In this document: positions 19,227-29,384 of the stretch, piece after piece
Layout: each line of letters opens with the position of its first letter
How positions within the stretch are numbered: position 1 is the stretch's first letter
Assembly: GCA_035764905.1 (NCBI GenBank)
Contig: DASTYN010000002.1
Coordinates: 115,616 to 179,615, forward strand
Origin: Candidatus Lumbricidiphila sp.
GTDB taxonomy: Bacteria > Actinomycetota > Actinomycetes > Actinomycetales > Microbacteriaceae
Length of the DNA: 64,000 nt
Reading direction: 5' to 3'
The notes under the pieces: model-generated
What the model was told of the DNA's origin: nothing
Seen by the model: the letters and a program-made list of their open reading frames with translations, nothing else
Databases searched by the model: none
Program-made: the position numbers and the translations under genes

Positions 19227-20564
19227 ATGAATAGCCCAGTTGAGACGGTGCGCGAACGCGCGAGCGTCGGCCACACGATTGAGTTGATCGCGAAGGGCAC
19301 GAAGGCGGGGTCGACCTGCAACCCAGCACTCAACGACGGCCCGTGGAACTTCGACGCCAAGCAGGCCTACGGCCCCGGCGCCTCGCAGAAAGACCACATT
19401 CCGGCGGATGCTCCGCGGCAGGGTGAATTGCCGGCGCTGTACCGCGAGGCATCCGTAGCTGACCTGCACGACCGCATTCGGGCAGCGAAGGCGACGCTCG
19501 GCGACCGGGTCGTCATTCTTGGGCACTTCTACCAGCGTGATGAGATCGTGCAGCACGCCGATTTCACGGGTGACTCGTTCCAGCTCGCGAACGCGGCGCT
19601 CACGAAACCGGATGCCGAGGCCATCGTCTTCTGTGGCGTGCACTTCATGGCAGAGACCGCGCGCATTCTCGCGAAGCCCGACCAGCGGGTGATTCTGCCG
19701 AACCTCGCCGCCGGTTGCTCGATGGCCGATATGGCCGATGAGTCAAGCGTTGAAGAGTGCTGGGAGCAGCTCACCGAGATCTTTGGCGACCTTGACACCC
19801 CAGATGCCGAGGGCAAGTTGCCGATCATTCCGGTGACGTACATGAACTCGTCGGCGGCGCTGAAGGGGTTCGTCGGCCGCCACAGTGGCATCGTCTGCAC
19901 CTCATCGAATGCGCGCATTGTGCTCGAGCATGCGTTCAAGATCGGGCACCGCGTGCTCTTCTTCCCCGACCAACATCTCGGCCGCAACACCGCGAAGGCG
20001 ATGGGCGTGCCGCTCGAGCAGATGCCGATGTGGAACCCGCGCCGCCCACTCGGTGCGAATACACCGCAGGAGCTGATCGATTCGAAGGTAGTGCTCTGGC
20101 ACGGGTTCTGCTCGGTGCACAAGCGGTTCACCGTTGGGCAAATCGAGAAGGCACGCGCCGAGTACCCGGGTGTGCAGGTGGTAGTGCACCCAGAAAGCCC
20201 GATGGAGGTCGTTGACGCGGCCGATGCCGCCGGATCGACCGACTTCATCAACAAGTACATCGCGGCCGCCCCGGCCGGTGCGACGATCGCGGTTGGTACC
20301 GAGATCAACCTGGTACAGCGACTCGCGGCCGAGAACCCCGATAAAACGATCTTCTGCCTCGACCCAGTGGTCTGCCCGTGCTCGACGATGTACCGTATTC
20401 ACCCCGGCTACCTCGCCTGGGTGCTCGACGAACTCGTCGCCGGCAATGTGGTGAATGAGATTACGGTTGCGCCAGCGGTGGCCGAACCGGCGAAGATCGC
20501 GCTCGAGCGGATGCTCCAGGCGAAGCCGCCAGCCAACGCCGCCGACGCGGCAACCAAGGCCTAA
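19227..20564 (+). CDS. nadA: Quinolinate synthase
   Basis: ILGHFYQRDE, FCGVHFMAETA, AGCSMADMA, GIVCTSSNA, GFCSVH, CPCSTMYRIH; likely ATG at 19227. Confidence 0.96.
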   Translation: MNSPVETVRERASVGHTIELIAKGTKAGSTCNPALNDGPWNFDAKQAYGPGASQKDHIPADAPRQGELPALYREASVADLHDRIRAAKATLGDRVVILGHFYQRDEIVQHADFTGDSFQLANAALTKPDAEAIVFCGVHFMAETARILAKPDQRVILPNLAAGCSMADMADESSVEECWEQLTEIFGDLDTPDAEGKLPIIPVTYMNSSAALKGFVGRHSGIVCTSSNARIVLEHAFKIGHRVLFFPDQHLGRNTAKAMGVPLEQMPMWNPRRPLGANTPQELIDSKVVLWHGFCSVHKRFTVGQIEKARAEYPGVQVVVHPESPMEVVDAADAAGSTDFINKYIAAAPAGATIAVGTEINLVQRLAAENPDKTIFCLDPVVCPCSTMYRIHPGYLAWVLDELVAGNVVNEITVAPAVAEPAKIALERMLQAKPPANAADAATKA

Positions 20565-20567
20565 CGC

Positions 20568-22046
20568 GTGCACGTGCTTGTCGTCGGTTCGGGGCTCGCG
20601 GGCCTCTGGACCGCCATCCGGGCCACCGATCTCGGCCATGAGGTCGTCGTCGTCACGAAAACCACGCTTGACGAGGGCTCGACCGCGCGGGCGCAGGGCG
20701 GCATCGCTGCGGCGCTCTTTCCGGATGACTCGGCCACGCGTCACTTCGACGACACCCTCGAGGCAGGTGCTGGGCTCTGCGACCCGGCGGCAGTGCGGGT
20801 GCTCTGCGATGAGGGGCCACAGCGCGTTCGCGACATGATTCGCTTCGGGGTGAAGTTCGACCTCGGCGAATCCGGTGTGTCTCGTGGGCTCGAAGCGGCG
20901 CACACTCGCTCGCGCATTCTGCATGCGGGCGGCGACGCGACCGGGGCCGCAATTGAGCAGGCACTGGTTGAGACGGTGCGGCGGCGCGCGGTCGATCTGC
21001 ATGAGCACACGACGCTCGTTGACCTGATCCTCGACGGTGGCCGTGTCGTCGGCGCGAATCTCATCACCGAGGCCGGTGACTTCATCGAGGCGCACGCCGA
21101 CGCGGTCGTACTCGCCACCGGCGGCACCGGGCAGCTGTTCCGCTATACGACGAACCCCTCGGTGTCGACCGGCGACGGCGTTGCCGCCGCCTGGCGCGCC
21201 GGGGCACAGGTCGCCGACCTCGAATTCGTGCAGTTCCACCCGACCGCATTGAACGTGCCAGGCACTCCCCTCATCTCCGAAGCCGTGCGTGGGGAGGGCG
21301 CCGTGTTGCGCAACCTCGCCGGCGAGCGATTCATGCTGGCGATCGATGAGCGCGGTGAACTCGCACCGCGCGACATCGTGGCCCGCGGTGTCTGGCATGC
21401 GATGGCAGCCCAGGGCGGCGCGCCCGCACTGCTCGACGCGACCGCGCTCGGCGCGGAGTTTCTCGCGAAGCGGTTCCCGACGCTCACCCGAGTGTGCGCA
21501 GAAAATGGGTACGACTGGGCTACCGAACAGGTGCCGATCACGCCAGCGGCGCATTACGCCATGGGCGGTGTGGTCGTCGACCTCCACGCACGAACGAGCG
21601 TGCCCGACCTCTTCGCGGTCGGCGAGTGCGCGCGCACCGGCGTGCACGGAGCCAACCGACTTGCCTCAAACTCGCTCCTTGAGGCGGCCGTGTTCGCGGA
21701 GCGCGCGGCACGCGCAATCGGCGAGGGCGCGAATGGTTGGGCCGCGGCCACACCCCCGCTCCCCCAGCCCGCGCAGCGGGCGACCACCGCGGTCGACCGT
21801 GACGCGCTGCGCGCCGTGATGTGGCAGCACGTCGGACTTGAGCGTTCGGCCGAGTCATTGGCCGAGGCATCTGATGCACTCGACGGATGGCACGCGCCTC
21901 GCCCGATTGACCGCGAAACCTGCGAGAACCGCAACCTGCTCGACCTCGCCCGGCTCACCGTGGCCGCGGCTGCGGCCCGCCACGAGAGCTGTGGGGCACA
22001 CTTTCGCACCGATTCGGTGCCGGAACCAGACAAGGAGTTGGTGTGA
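20568..22046 (+). CDS. nadB: L-aspartate oxidase
   Basis: VVGSGLAG, AQGGIAAA, GLEAAH, QFHPT, LISEAVRGEGA, HYAMGG, GVHGANRLASNSLLE. Confidence 0.96.
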   Translation: MHVLVVGSGLAGLWTAIRATDLGHEVVVVTKTTLDEGSTARAQGGIAAALFPDDSATRHFDDTLEAGAGLCDPAAVRVLCDEGPQRVRDMIRFGVKFDLGESGVSRGLEAAHTRSRILHAGGDATGAAIEQALVETVRRRAVDLHEHTTLVDLILDGGRVVGANLITEAGDFIEAHADAVVLATGGTGQLFRYTTNPSVSTGDGVAAAWRAGAQVADLEFVQFHPTALNVPGTPLISEAVRGEGAVLRNLAGERFMLAIDERGELAPRDIVARGVWHAMAAQGGAPALLDATALGAEFLAKRFPTLTRVCAENGYDWATEQVPITPAAHYAMGGVVVDLHARTSVPDLFAVGECARTGVHGANRLASNSLLEAAVFAERAARAIGEGANGWAAATPPLPQPAQRATTAVDRDALRAVMWQHVGLERSAESLAEASDALDGWHAPRPIDRETCENRNLLDLARLTVAAAAARHESCGAHFRTDSVPEPDKELV

Positions 22047-22939
22047 ACACCAGTGCCACCGCTGGAGTCGGCGATGCCGCCGACCTCCGCCGCATCATCG
22101 AGACCGCACTCGCCGAAGATGCGCCATGGGGTGACCTCACGAGCGACGCGCTGATCCCCGCGACCGCAACCGCCACCGCGAAGCTCAACGCCCGGGAGTC
22201 CGGCCGACTGAGCGGTATCGGGGTGTTTGCGGCCGTGTTCGCGGCGGTCGATCCGACGATCATCGTGCGGCCGCTGGCCGCCGACGGCGAGGCATTCCTG
22301 TCGGGACAACTGCTCGCGCTCATTGAGGGCCCGGCGCGGGCCGTGCTCACCGCCGAGCGGGTTGCGCTGAATCTCACCCAACGCATGTGCGGTATCGCGA
22401 CCCTCACCGCCGCGTTCGTCACCGCGGTCGAGGGCGTCACCAGTGCCGCCGGCAACCCGACTCGCATCGCTGACACCCGTAAGACCACCCCAGGGCTCCG
22501 CAGTATTGAACGGCAGGCCGTGCGCGACGGCGGCGGCCACAACCACCGTCGTTCGCTCTCTGATGCGGTGATGGCGAAAGACAACCACCTCGCCGTGCTC
22601 GTGTCACAAGGGTTGGATGTCACGACCGCACTCCGGCAGGCGCGCGAGCGCCTCCCCCACACCACACATGTGGTGGTCGAAGTCGACCGGCTGGACCAGA
22701 TCGTCCCGGTGATCCGCGGTGGCGCACAGACCGTGCTCCTCGACAATTTCACGATCGACGAACTGCGTCAGGGCGTGCGGCAGATTGCGGGCAAAGCGGT
22801 GGCCGAGGCATCCGGTGGGGTGAACCTCGAAACCGTGCGCAGCATTGCCGAAACCGGCGTCGACGTGATCTCGGTGGGCGCGCTCACCCACTCGGCTCGC
22901 GCACTCGATCTCGGACTCGACGTCACGATCAGCGCGTAG
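22043..22939 (+). CDS. nadC: Nicotinate-nucleotide diphosphorylase (carboxylating)
   Basis: EDAPWGDLT, DTRKTTPGLR, HRRSLSD, KDNH, LLDNF, EASGG, ISVGALTHS. Confidence 0.96.
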   Translation: MNTSATAGVGDAADLRRIIETALAEDAPWGDLTSDALIPATATATAKLNARESGRLSGIGVFAAVFAAVDPTIIVRPLAADGEAFLSGQLLALIEGPARAVLTAERVALNLTQRMCGIATLTAAFVTAVEGVTSAAGNPTRIADTRKTTPGLRSIERQAVRDGGGHNHRRSLSDAVMAKDNHLAVLVSQGLDVTTALRQARERLPHTTHVVVEVDRLDQIVPVIRGGAQTVLLDNFTIDELRQGVRQIAGKAVAEASGGVNLETVRSIAETGVDVISVGALTHSARALDLGLDVTISA

Positions 22940-22972
22940 TCGCGCAGGCGTAGCCTTGCCTCGGAGGCACCG

Positions 22973-24130
22973 ATGATCTACCTCGACCATGCGGCAACCA
23001 ACCGCGTGCGCCGTCAAGCGCTCGAGGCGATGTGGCCGTACCTCACCGACGAGTTCGGCAACCCATCGAGCACCCACGAACTCGGGGAGCGCGCTGCACG
23101 TGCCCTCGCCGACGCCCGCGCGCACGTCGCCTCGGTCATCGGCTGCCGATCCGGCGATGTGGTGTTCACGAGCGGCGGCACCGAGGCCGATAACCTCGCC
23201 GTGCTCGGCCTCTCGCTCGCGAACCCCCGCGGACGGCACGTCGTGGTCTCGCCGATTGAGCATGAGGCGGTACTGGAGTCAGCGGGCGCGCTCGCGCGCC
23301 TGCACGGGTTTACCGTCGACCAGGTGGCCGTCGATGGGTTCGGCACGGTGCATCCAGACGCCCTCGACGCGGTGCTGCGCGACGACACCACCCTCGTGTC
23401 GGTACAGCTCGCGAACAACGAGATCGGCACGATCGAGCCAATTGCCGCCCTGGCTGAACGAGCCCACGCGCGCAGCGCGCTCCTGCACAGCGACGCGGTA
23501 CAGGCGGCCGGATGGCTCCCGCTGAACCTCGACGACCTCGGCGTCGATGCGCTCTCGCTGTCAGGGCACAAGTTCGGGGCACCCAAAGGCACCGGTGCGC
23601 TCATCGTGCGCGGGCGCCTGCCACTTGAACCGCTGATCCACGGTGGCGGGCAAGAACGCGGACGACGCTCAGGCACCGAGAATGTGGCTGGTGCCGTCGC
23701 ATTTGCGACCGCGCTGCGCCTCGCTGAAGCAGAACGGGTCGACGCGGCAGCACGGCTCTCGGCGCTCAGCGAGCGTTTCATCACCCGCGTGCTCGGCGAG
23801 GTGCCAACGGCGCGGCTCACGGGGCATCCAACCGACCGCCTGCCGGGCACGCTGTCGTTCGTGTTCCCGGGGTTGAACGGTGAATCGCTGCTGCTGGAGC
23901 TGGAGCGCGTGTCGGTCTACGCCTCAAGTGGGTCGGCGTGCGCGGCGGGCAGCACCGAGGCCTCACATGTGCTCACCGCAATTGGTCTTGAGGCCGAGGT
24001 TGCGCACACCGCGGTTCGACTGACGGCCGGCGCCGAGACATCTGCTGACGAACTCGACGCGGCGGCGGCGGCGCTGATCGACGCGGTCGCGACCATCGGC
24101 GGCTACGCGCCCGGCTCACCGCAGCGCTGA
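22973..24130 (+). CDS. Cysteine desulfurase (IscS/NifS family)
   Basis: IYLDHAAT, GNPSS, FTSGGTEADN, LSGHKFG (PLP lysine), SSGSAC (catalytic Cys). Confidence 0.93.
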   Translation: MIYLDHAATNRVRRQALEAMWPYLTDEFGNPSSTHELGERAARALADARAHVASVIGCRSGDVVFTSGGTEADNLAVLGLSLANPRGRHVVVSPIEHEAVLESAGALARLHGFTVDQVAVDGFGTVHPDALDAVLRDDTTLVSVQLANNEIGTIEPIAALAERAHARSALLHSDAVQAAGWLPLNLDDLGVDALSLSGHKFGAPKGTGALIVRGRLPLEPLIHGGGQERGRRSGTENVAGAVAFATALRLAEAERVDAAARLSALSERFITRVLGEVPTARLTGHPTDRLPGTLSFVFPGLNGESLLLELERVSVYASSGSACAAGSTEASHVLTAIGLEAEVAHTAVRLTAGAETSADELDAAAAALIDAVATIGGYAPGSPQR

Positions 24131-24262
24131 TCAGCGGGCGCCGAGCGGCGTGTTGACTACCCAACGTATTCCGAGGAACCTCCCAGCATTCGCTCAGCCA
24201 TTTCGATAGACACCGCCGCACCCCCTCAATAGGCTCACAACGGCGAACGAAAGGCATGGGAC

Positions 24263-26245
24263 ATGCGTCTGCGGCGGATGGGCTTCATTGGGGCGATGCT
24301 CGGTGGAGTGCTCGCGATCGGAGCGGCCTCGGCTGCGTGGGCCGAAGACCCGATCGACTTTGGTGCCACCCAGGTCTACGACGTCGCAGGCGTGCTCGGC
24401 GGCACCCTCAACGACGTCGAACAACGGGTGGTGAGCGCCGGAACCAGGAGCGGCCGCCAACTGTTCGTGGTGTTTGTCGACCGATTCACGAACCCGACGA
24501 ACGCCGAGGAATGGGCCACCGAAACCGCCACACGCAACAGCCTCGGCACCCAGGACTACCTGCTCGTGGTGGCCGTCGAAGGTCGCTCGTATTTCTTCTC
24601 AGCTGCGAACGGTGAGTCGCTCGGCCCAGCAGCGGTGCAGCGCATCGCGACCGACGTCATTGAGCCCCGACTTCGTGAGAGCGATTGGGCCGATGCCGCG
24701 GTCGACGCGGCGAAGGCGATCGCGGACGCAGATGCGGGCTCGGGCGGGGGTGCGGCCACACCCGACGCCACCCCACGATCATGGTTTTCCGGGGTGTTTT
24801 GGCTGCTGCCAGTCGGCGCGGCGATCGTGGTGATCGTGCTGGTTTCGCGGCGTCGGCGCACGCGCACCGCGGGGACGCCGTCCGGTCGCCCACTCGCCTC
24901 GATTGACGATCTACGAAAACAGGCTGGGGGTGCACTCGTTGCCACCGACGACGCAATCAAGACGTCGACCGAAGAACTCGGATTCGCCACCGCCTCATTC
25001 GGCGAGGATGCCGCAAAACCGTTCGCAGTCGCCCTCGACGACGCGCAACAGCACCTTTCGCAGGCGTTCACGCTGCAGCAACAACTCGACGATTCAGTAC
25101 CAGACACCGATGCGCAACGCCGCGAGTGGTACGGCCGAATCTTGGAGTTGTGCGCGGCCGCAAATGAGACCCTCGATGCCCAAACAGCGGCCTTCGATGA
25201 GCTCCGCAAACTGCAATCGGATGCCCCGGCCGCACTTGAGCAGGTACGCACTGCCGCGGCAGCCGCCCGCGCCGGCATCGAACCGGCGCGACAGAAACTT
25301 GCCTCCCTCGGCGCACTGTATGCGCCAAGCGCGCTCAGTTCAGTTGCCGACAACGTGGCGAGCGCAGCATCGCGTCTCACCTTCGCTGATGCAGCGATAC
25401 AGCAGGCGGCCGCTGAGATCTCGACGAACAACACCGGCAATGCCGCGGTGGAGATTCGGGCCGCCGAGGCCGCCGTCGATCAAGCGATCAAACTCACCAC
25501 GGCCATCGAGAAGCTCGGCATCGACCTGCCGGCCCTCGACCAGTCACTGCAACCTTCGATCGCAAACGTGCGCGATGACGTTCGTGCCGCACGAGTCCTC
25601 GATGGGATCGCGCTCGGTGACCTTGCCACACGTGTCGAATCAGAAGCCGCCGAGGTCGCAGCAGCAGCCAGCAGACCGGGTCGCGACCCGATCGCGCTCG
25701 CTGCCCGCCTTGAACATGCCAACGCGGCGATCGACCAGGCGATCGCCGGCACCCGGAGCGCGCAGGAAGCCGCCGCTCGCCTGCAGCAACAGGTGGTTTC
25801 GAAGTTGGCTGCCGCCCGAGCGAGCATCTCGGTCGTCGATGACTTCATCGCCACGCGACGCGGTGGCATCGGTTCCGAGGCGCGCACCCGGATCGCCGAG
25901 GCGCAGCGACTGCTCGCCAGCGCATCCGCGCGCGCCGCGACCGACCCGGCGGCAGCGTTGGCCGACGCGACCCGCGCCGAGCAACTGGCGGGCACCGCAC
26001 AGCAACTTGCCCAGCAAGACCTGTACGCACAGCAGCCGTTCGGCCTGCCCCAGCAGCGTTCAGGTGGCAGTGACCTGCTTGGCGCAATCATCGGCGGCAT
26101 CCTCATCAACGGCCTCCTCGGCGGAGGCGGGCACCACGGCGGCGGGCATCGCGGCGGCGGGTTCGGCGGCGGCGGCGGGTTCTCCCCCGGAAGTTTCGGC
26201 GGCTCAGGCAGCAGCGGCCGGTTCGGCAGCGGCGGACGGTTCTAG
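24263..26245 (+). CDS. TPM-domain membrane protein with long coiled coil and Gly-rich tail (PspA-associated)
   Basis: Signal peptide, TPM-like N-terminus (QLFVVFVD...DYLLVVAVEGRSY), one TM, Ala-rich helical region, C-terminal GSGGRF. Confidence 0.8.
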   Translation: MRLRRMGFIGAMLGGVLAIGAASAAWAEDPIDFGATQVYDVAGVLGGTLNDVEQRVVSAGTRSGRQLFVVFVDRFTNPTNAEEWATETATRNSLGTQDYLLVVAVEGRSYFFSAANGESLGPAAVQRIATDVIEPRLRESDWADAAVDAAKAIADADAGSGGGAATPDATPRSWFSGVFWLLPVGAAIVVIVLVSRRRRTRTAGTPSGRPLASIDDLRKQAGGALVATDDAIKTSTEELGFATASFGEDAAKPFAVALDDAQQHLSQAFTLQQQLDDSVPDTDAQRREWYGRILELCAAANETLDAQTAAFDELRKLQSDAPAALEQVRTAAAAARAGIEPARQKLASLGALYAPSALSSVADNVASAASRLTFADAAIQQAAAEISTNNTGNAAVEIRAAEAAVDQAIKLTTAIEKLGIDLPALDQSLQPSIANVRDDVRAARVLDGIALGDLATRVESEAAEVAAAASRPGRDPIALAARLEHANAAIDQAIAGTRSAQEAAARLQQQVVSKLAAARASISVVDDFIATRRGGIGSEARTRIAEAQRLLASASARAATDPAAALADATRAEQLAGTAQQLAQQDLYAQQPFGLPQQRSGGSDLLGAIIGGILINGLLGGGGHHGGGHRGGGFGGGGGFSPGSFGGSGSSGRFGSGGRF

Positions 26246-26298
26246 CCCAGCACGGGGCATCCGCCATTCACGTAACACGACCAACGAAAGGAATCACG

Positions 26299-27030
26299 AT
26301 GGCAAAGCAATCGATCTTCGGACGGATCTCGCAGCTGTTGCGAGCGAACATCAACGCCCTGCTCGACCAAGCAGAAGACCCTCAACTCATGCTGGATCAG
26401 ATGGTGCGTGACTTCACCAACTCGATCTCCGACGCTGAATCAGCGATCGCACAAACGATCGGCAACCTTCGGCTGCTTGAAGACGACCACAAAGAAGACG
26501 TGCACGCCGCGACCGAGTGGGGCCAAAAGGCCGCAGCCGCGAGCGCGAAGGCCGACCAGTTGCGCGGCGCCGGTGACGCCGCCGGCGGCGATAAGTTCGA
26601 CAACCTCGCCAAGGTGGCACTCAGCCGCCAGATTTCGTCTGAGAACGAGGCGAAGGCCGCTGAGCCGCAGATCGCCGCCCAGACCGAGGTCGTGGCCAAG
26701 TTGAAGGCTGGCCTCGACGGCATGAAGCACAAGCTCGTCGAACTGCAGAATAAGCGCAACGAATTGGTGGCGCGGGCGAAGACCGCAGAGGCGCAGAAGC
26801 AGGTGCACGATGCGGTGAAGTCGATCGATCTGCTCGACCCAACCAGTGACCTCGGCCGCTTCGAGGAAAAGATCCGCCGCGAAGAGGCGCTGGTGCGCGG
26901 CCAGCAAGAGATCGCGGCATCGAGCCTTGACTCGCAGTTCAATGAACTCGACGACCTGGGTGAGCTCACCGAGGTTGACGCGCGGCTTGCCGCGCTGAAG
27001 GCGGGCGGGCAGTCCGCGATCGGCGGCTAG
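26299..27030 (+). CDS. pspA: PspA/IM30 family protein
   Basis: MAKQSIFGRISQLLRANINALLDQAEDPQLMLDQMVRD; coiled coil. Confidence 0.93.
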   Translation: MAKQSIFGRISQLLRANINALLDQAEDPQLMLDQMVRDFTNSISDAESAIAQTIGNLRLLEDDHKEDVHAATEWGQKAAAASAKADQLRGAGDAAGGDKFDNLAKVALSRQISSENEAKAAEPQIAAQTEVVAKLKAGLDGMKHKLVELQNKRNELVARAKTAEAQKQVHDAVKSIDLLDPTSDLGRFEEKIRREEALVRGQQEIAASSLDSQFNELDDLGELTEVDARLAALKAGGQSAIGG

Positions 27031-27045
27031 CGTTCGCTGCTTCCA

Positions 27046-27086
27046 CGGGGCTGGTCCGGGTTCGATGTGAGCCCCGACCGGCCCCG
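27046..27086 (+). terminator. GC-rich imperfect hairpin after pspA
   Basis: CGGGGCTGGTCCGGG ... CCCGACCGGCCCCG. Confidence 0.45.
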
Positions 27087-27091
27087 CGTCG

Positions 27092-28669
27092 GTGGGGCGG
27101 GGTAACGTGGACTCAGTGACGACGCCTGACGCACCCGAAGTACTCACTGATCGCCCGGTGACGCAACCCGACGCGATTGACGACGGTGAGCGCCCGACAG
27201 ATTCCCACCAACTCGGCTCCCAGGTGCGCGAGCGCACGGCCGCCGAAAACAGCCGTGTGATTTGGCTGTTGCTCGCCGCCACATTCGTCGTGTTCTTGAA
27301 CGAGACGATCATGAGCGTCGCGATCCCCCATTTGGTGACCGACCTCCACATCTCGCTGTCCGCTGCGCAGTGGCTGACGACCGCGTTCATGCTCACCATG
27401 GCAACCGTCATCCCGGTCACTGGGTTCCTACTGCAACGCGTAGCAACAAAACCGGTATTCATCACCGCGATGAGCCTGTTCTCGGCAGGCACACTGATTG
27501 CGGCCATCGCCCCGGGGTTCGAGGTGCTCTTGGTGGCCCGTGTGGTGCAGGCAACTGGTACGGCGATCATGCTGCCGCTGCTGATGACGACGCTCATGAC
27601 GTTGGTCGCGCCATCCGATCGCGGTCGGGTCATGGGTCGCGTGACGATTGTCATGTCGGTGGCGCCAGCGATTGGGCCAGCGATTTCTGGGGTCATTCTC
27701 ACCCTGTTGTCGTGGCGGTTCATGTTCTGGCTTGTGCTGCCAATTGCGCTCGTGATGCTGCTGATTGGCGCCCGCAACGTTGAGAACGTCGGCGAAACCC
27801 GCAAGGCGCCACTCGATGTGGTGTCGGTAGTGCTTGCGGCCATCGGGTTCGGCGGGTTGGTCTACGGGCTCAGTTTGGTTGGTGGGGTGGTCGGCGGACA
27901 ATCGGCGACGGATGCCCCGGCGATGACCGTTTCGCTCACCGTTGGGGTGCTGGTGATCGCGATCTTCGTCTGGCGGCAGCTGCGGCTGCAGCGGCGCGAC
28001 CGTGCACTGCTCGACCTGCGTACGTTCCACAACCGCAATTTCGCGGTCTCGGTGCTGCTGATGGTGGCCGCCATGGCGGCACTGTTCGGCACCATCATCG
28101 TGCTCCCGATCTACCTGCAAAATGTGCTCGGGCTCGGCGCCGATCAGACCGGCCTCCTGGTACTGCCGGGTGGTCTCGTGATGGGGTTGCTCGGCCCGAC
28201 GGTCGGTCGATTGTTTGACCGGGTTGGTCCCTTCCCATTGTTGGTGCCAAGCAGCATTGCGGTGAGCGGGGTGCTCTGGTGGTTCACCACGGTCTCCGAA
28301 CACACCTCACCGTGGTTGGTGCTTACCGCCCACGTTGTGCTGTCGGCCTCGCTGGCGTTCATGTTCACACCACTCTTCACAGCGGCCATGGGTTCGGTGC
28401 AGCCGCACCTGTACTCGCATGGCTCTGCCATGCTCGGAACGGTGCAGCAGGTGGCAGGGGCGGTCGGCACTGCGGCCTTCATCACCGTGCTCGCGGCTCG
28501 AATTTCGGCTGAGACCGCAGCCGGGTCATCGGCCGTACAGGCTGAGGCGGCGGGCGTGCGCGGCGCATTTGTGGTCGGTGCGATCATCTCGCTCGGTGCG
28601 ATTGCGGGCGCATTCTTTGTGCGCCGTCCCACCGAGACCGGTGACGAGGGAATGCACGGGGGCCACTGA
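27092..28669 (+). CDS. MFS DHA2-family (EmrB/QacA/LmrB-like) efflux transporter; start may be 27107 or 27116
   Basis: FVVFLNETIMSVAIP, WLTTAFML, ARVVQATG, APAIGPAISG; about 14 TM pattern. Confidence 0.92.
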   Translation: MGRGNVDSVTTPDAPEVLTDRPVTQPDAIDDGERPTDSHQLGSQVRERTAAENSRVIWLLLAATFVVFLNETIMSVAIPHLVTDLHISLSAAQWLTTAFMLTMATVIPVTGFLLQRVATKPVFITAMSLFSAGTLIAAIAPGFEVLLVARVVQATGTAIMLPLLMTTLMTLVAPSDRGRVMGRVTIVMSVAPAIGPAISGVILTLLSWRFMFWLVLPIALVMLLIGARNVENVGETRKAPLDVVSVVLAAIGFGGLVYGLSLVGGVVGGQSATDAPAMTVSLTVGVLVIAIFVWRQLRLQRRDRALLDLRTFHNRNFAVSVLLMVAAMAALFGTIIVLPIYLQNVLGLGADQTGLLVLPGGLVMGLLGPTVGRLFDRVGPFPLLVPSSIAVSGVLWWFTTVSEHTSPWLVLTAHVVLSASLAFMFTPLFTAAMGSVQPHLYSHGSAMLGTVQQVAGAVGTAAFITVLAARISAETAAGSSAVQAEAAGVRGAFVVGAIISLGAIAGAFFVRRPTETGDEGMHGGH

Positions 28670-28710
28670 CGGCAACGCCACAGGCGTTCGCTGGGTGAGT
28701 CGAGCATCGG

Positions 28711-29352
28711 ATGGCACGCTTCGAAGATCGCCACACCGCCGGGCAGGCGCTCGGGGCAGAGCTCGCGCGGCGCCCGATCGAACCGGCACCGGTAGTGCTC
28801 GGGGTGCCACGCGGCGGGGTCCCGGTCGCGGTCGAGGTCGCCCGGGCACTCGGCGCCCCACTCGATGTGCTGGTCGTGCGCAAATTGGGGCTCCCCCACC
28901 ATGCCGAGGTCGCAATGGGCGCGGTCGGCGAAGGTGACGCGATCGTCTGGAACGACGACGTGCTCGATGGCTACGCCGTGGATCGTGACGCGCGGCTGGC
29001 GATTACCGCTCGCGAACGTGCCGAAGTTGAGGCGCGGGTCGGTCGATTCCGTGCGGGCCGCCCGGCCCAGTCGCTCCACGGAAAGACCGCGATTGTCGTT
29101 GATGATGGCGTCGCCACCGGCGCGACCGCGCGAGTCGCGTGCCGAATCGCCCGCGCGCAGGGCGCAGCGCGGGTCATCCTGGCCGTGCCGGTCGCAACAC
29201 CGGAGGTCTTCACAACGGTCCCCGAGGCTGACGAAATCGTTGCTCTGCTGGTTCCGCCGGAGTTCATGGCGGTCGGTATGCACTACGTGGACTTTTCACA
29301 GACGAGCGATGACGAGGTGCGCCAGATTCTGGCTGACTACCCGACGCTGTGA
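28711..29352 (+). CDS. Phosphoribosyltransferase-family protein
   Basis: FEDRHTAG, VPRGGVPVA, VRKLG, PRPP-binding loop VVDDGVATGAT. Confidence 0.88.
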   Translation: MARFEDRHTAGQALGAELARRPIEPAPVVLGVPRGGVPVAVEVARALGAPLDVLVVRKLGLPHHAEVAMGAVGEGDAIVWNDDVLDGYAVDRDARLAITARERAEVEARVGRFRAGRPAQSLHGKTAIVVDDGVATGATARVACRIARAQGAARVILAVPVATPEVFTTVPEADEIVALLVPPEFMAVGMHYVDFSQTSDDEVRQILADYPTL

Positions 29353-29384
29353 CTCAGCCAGTGCGTGCACCCCCACGAGACGGA

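Noticed and set aside
19902-21647. Long antisense ORF (581 aa) over nadA/nadB
   Set aside because: Shadow ORF typical of high-GC codon bias; no motifs, and the sense genes are fully explained.
26119-26242. GGC-rich repeats that might be a microsatellite or array
   Set aside because: They encode the ordinary Gly-rich tail of the TPM-domain protein.
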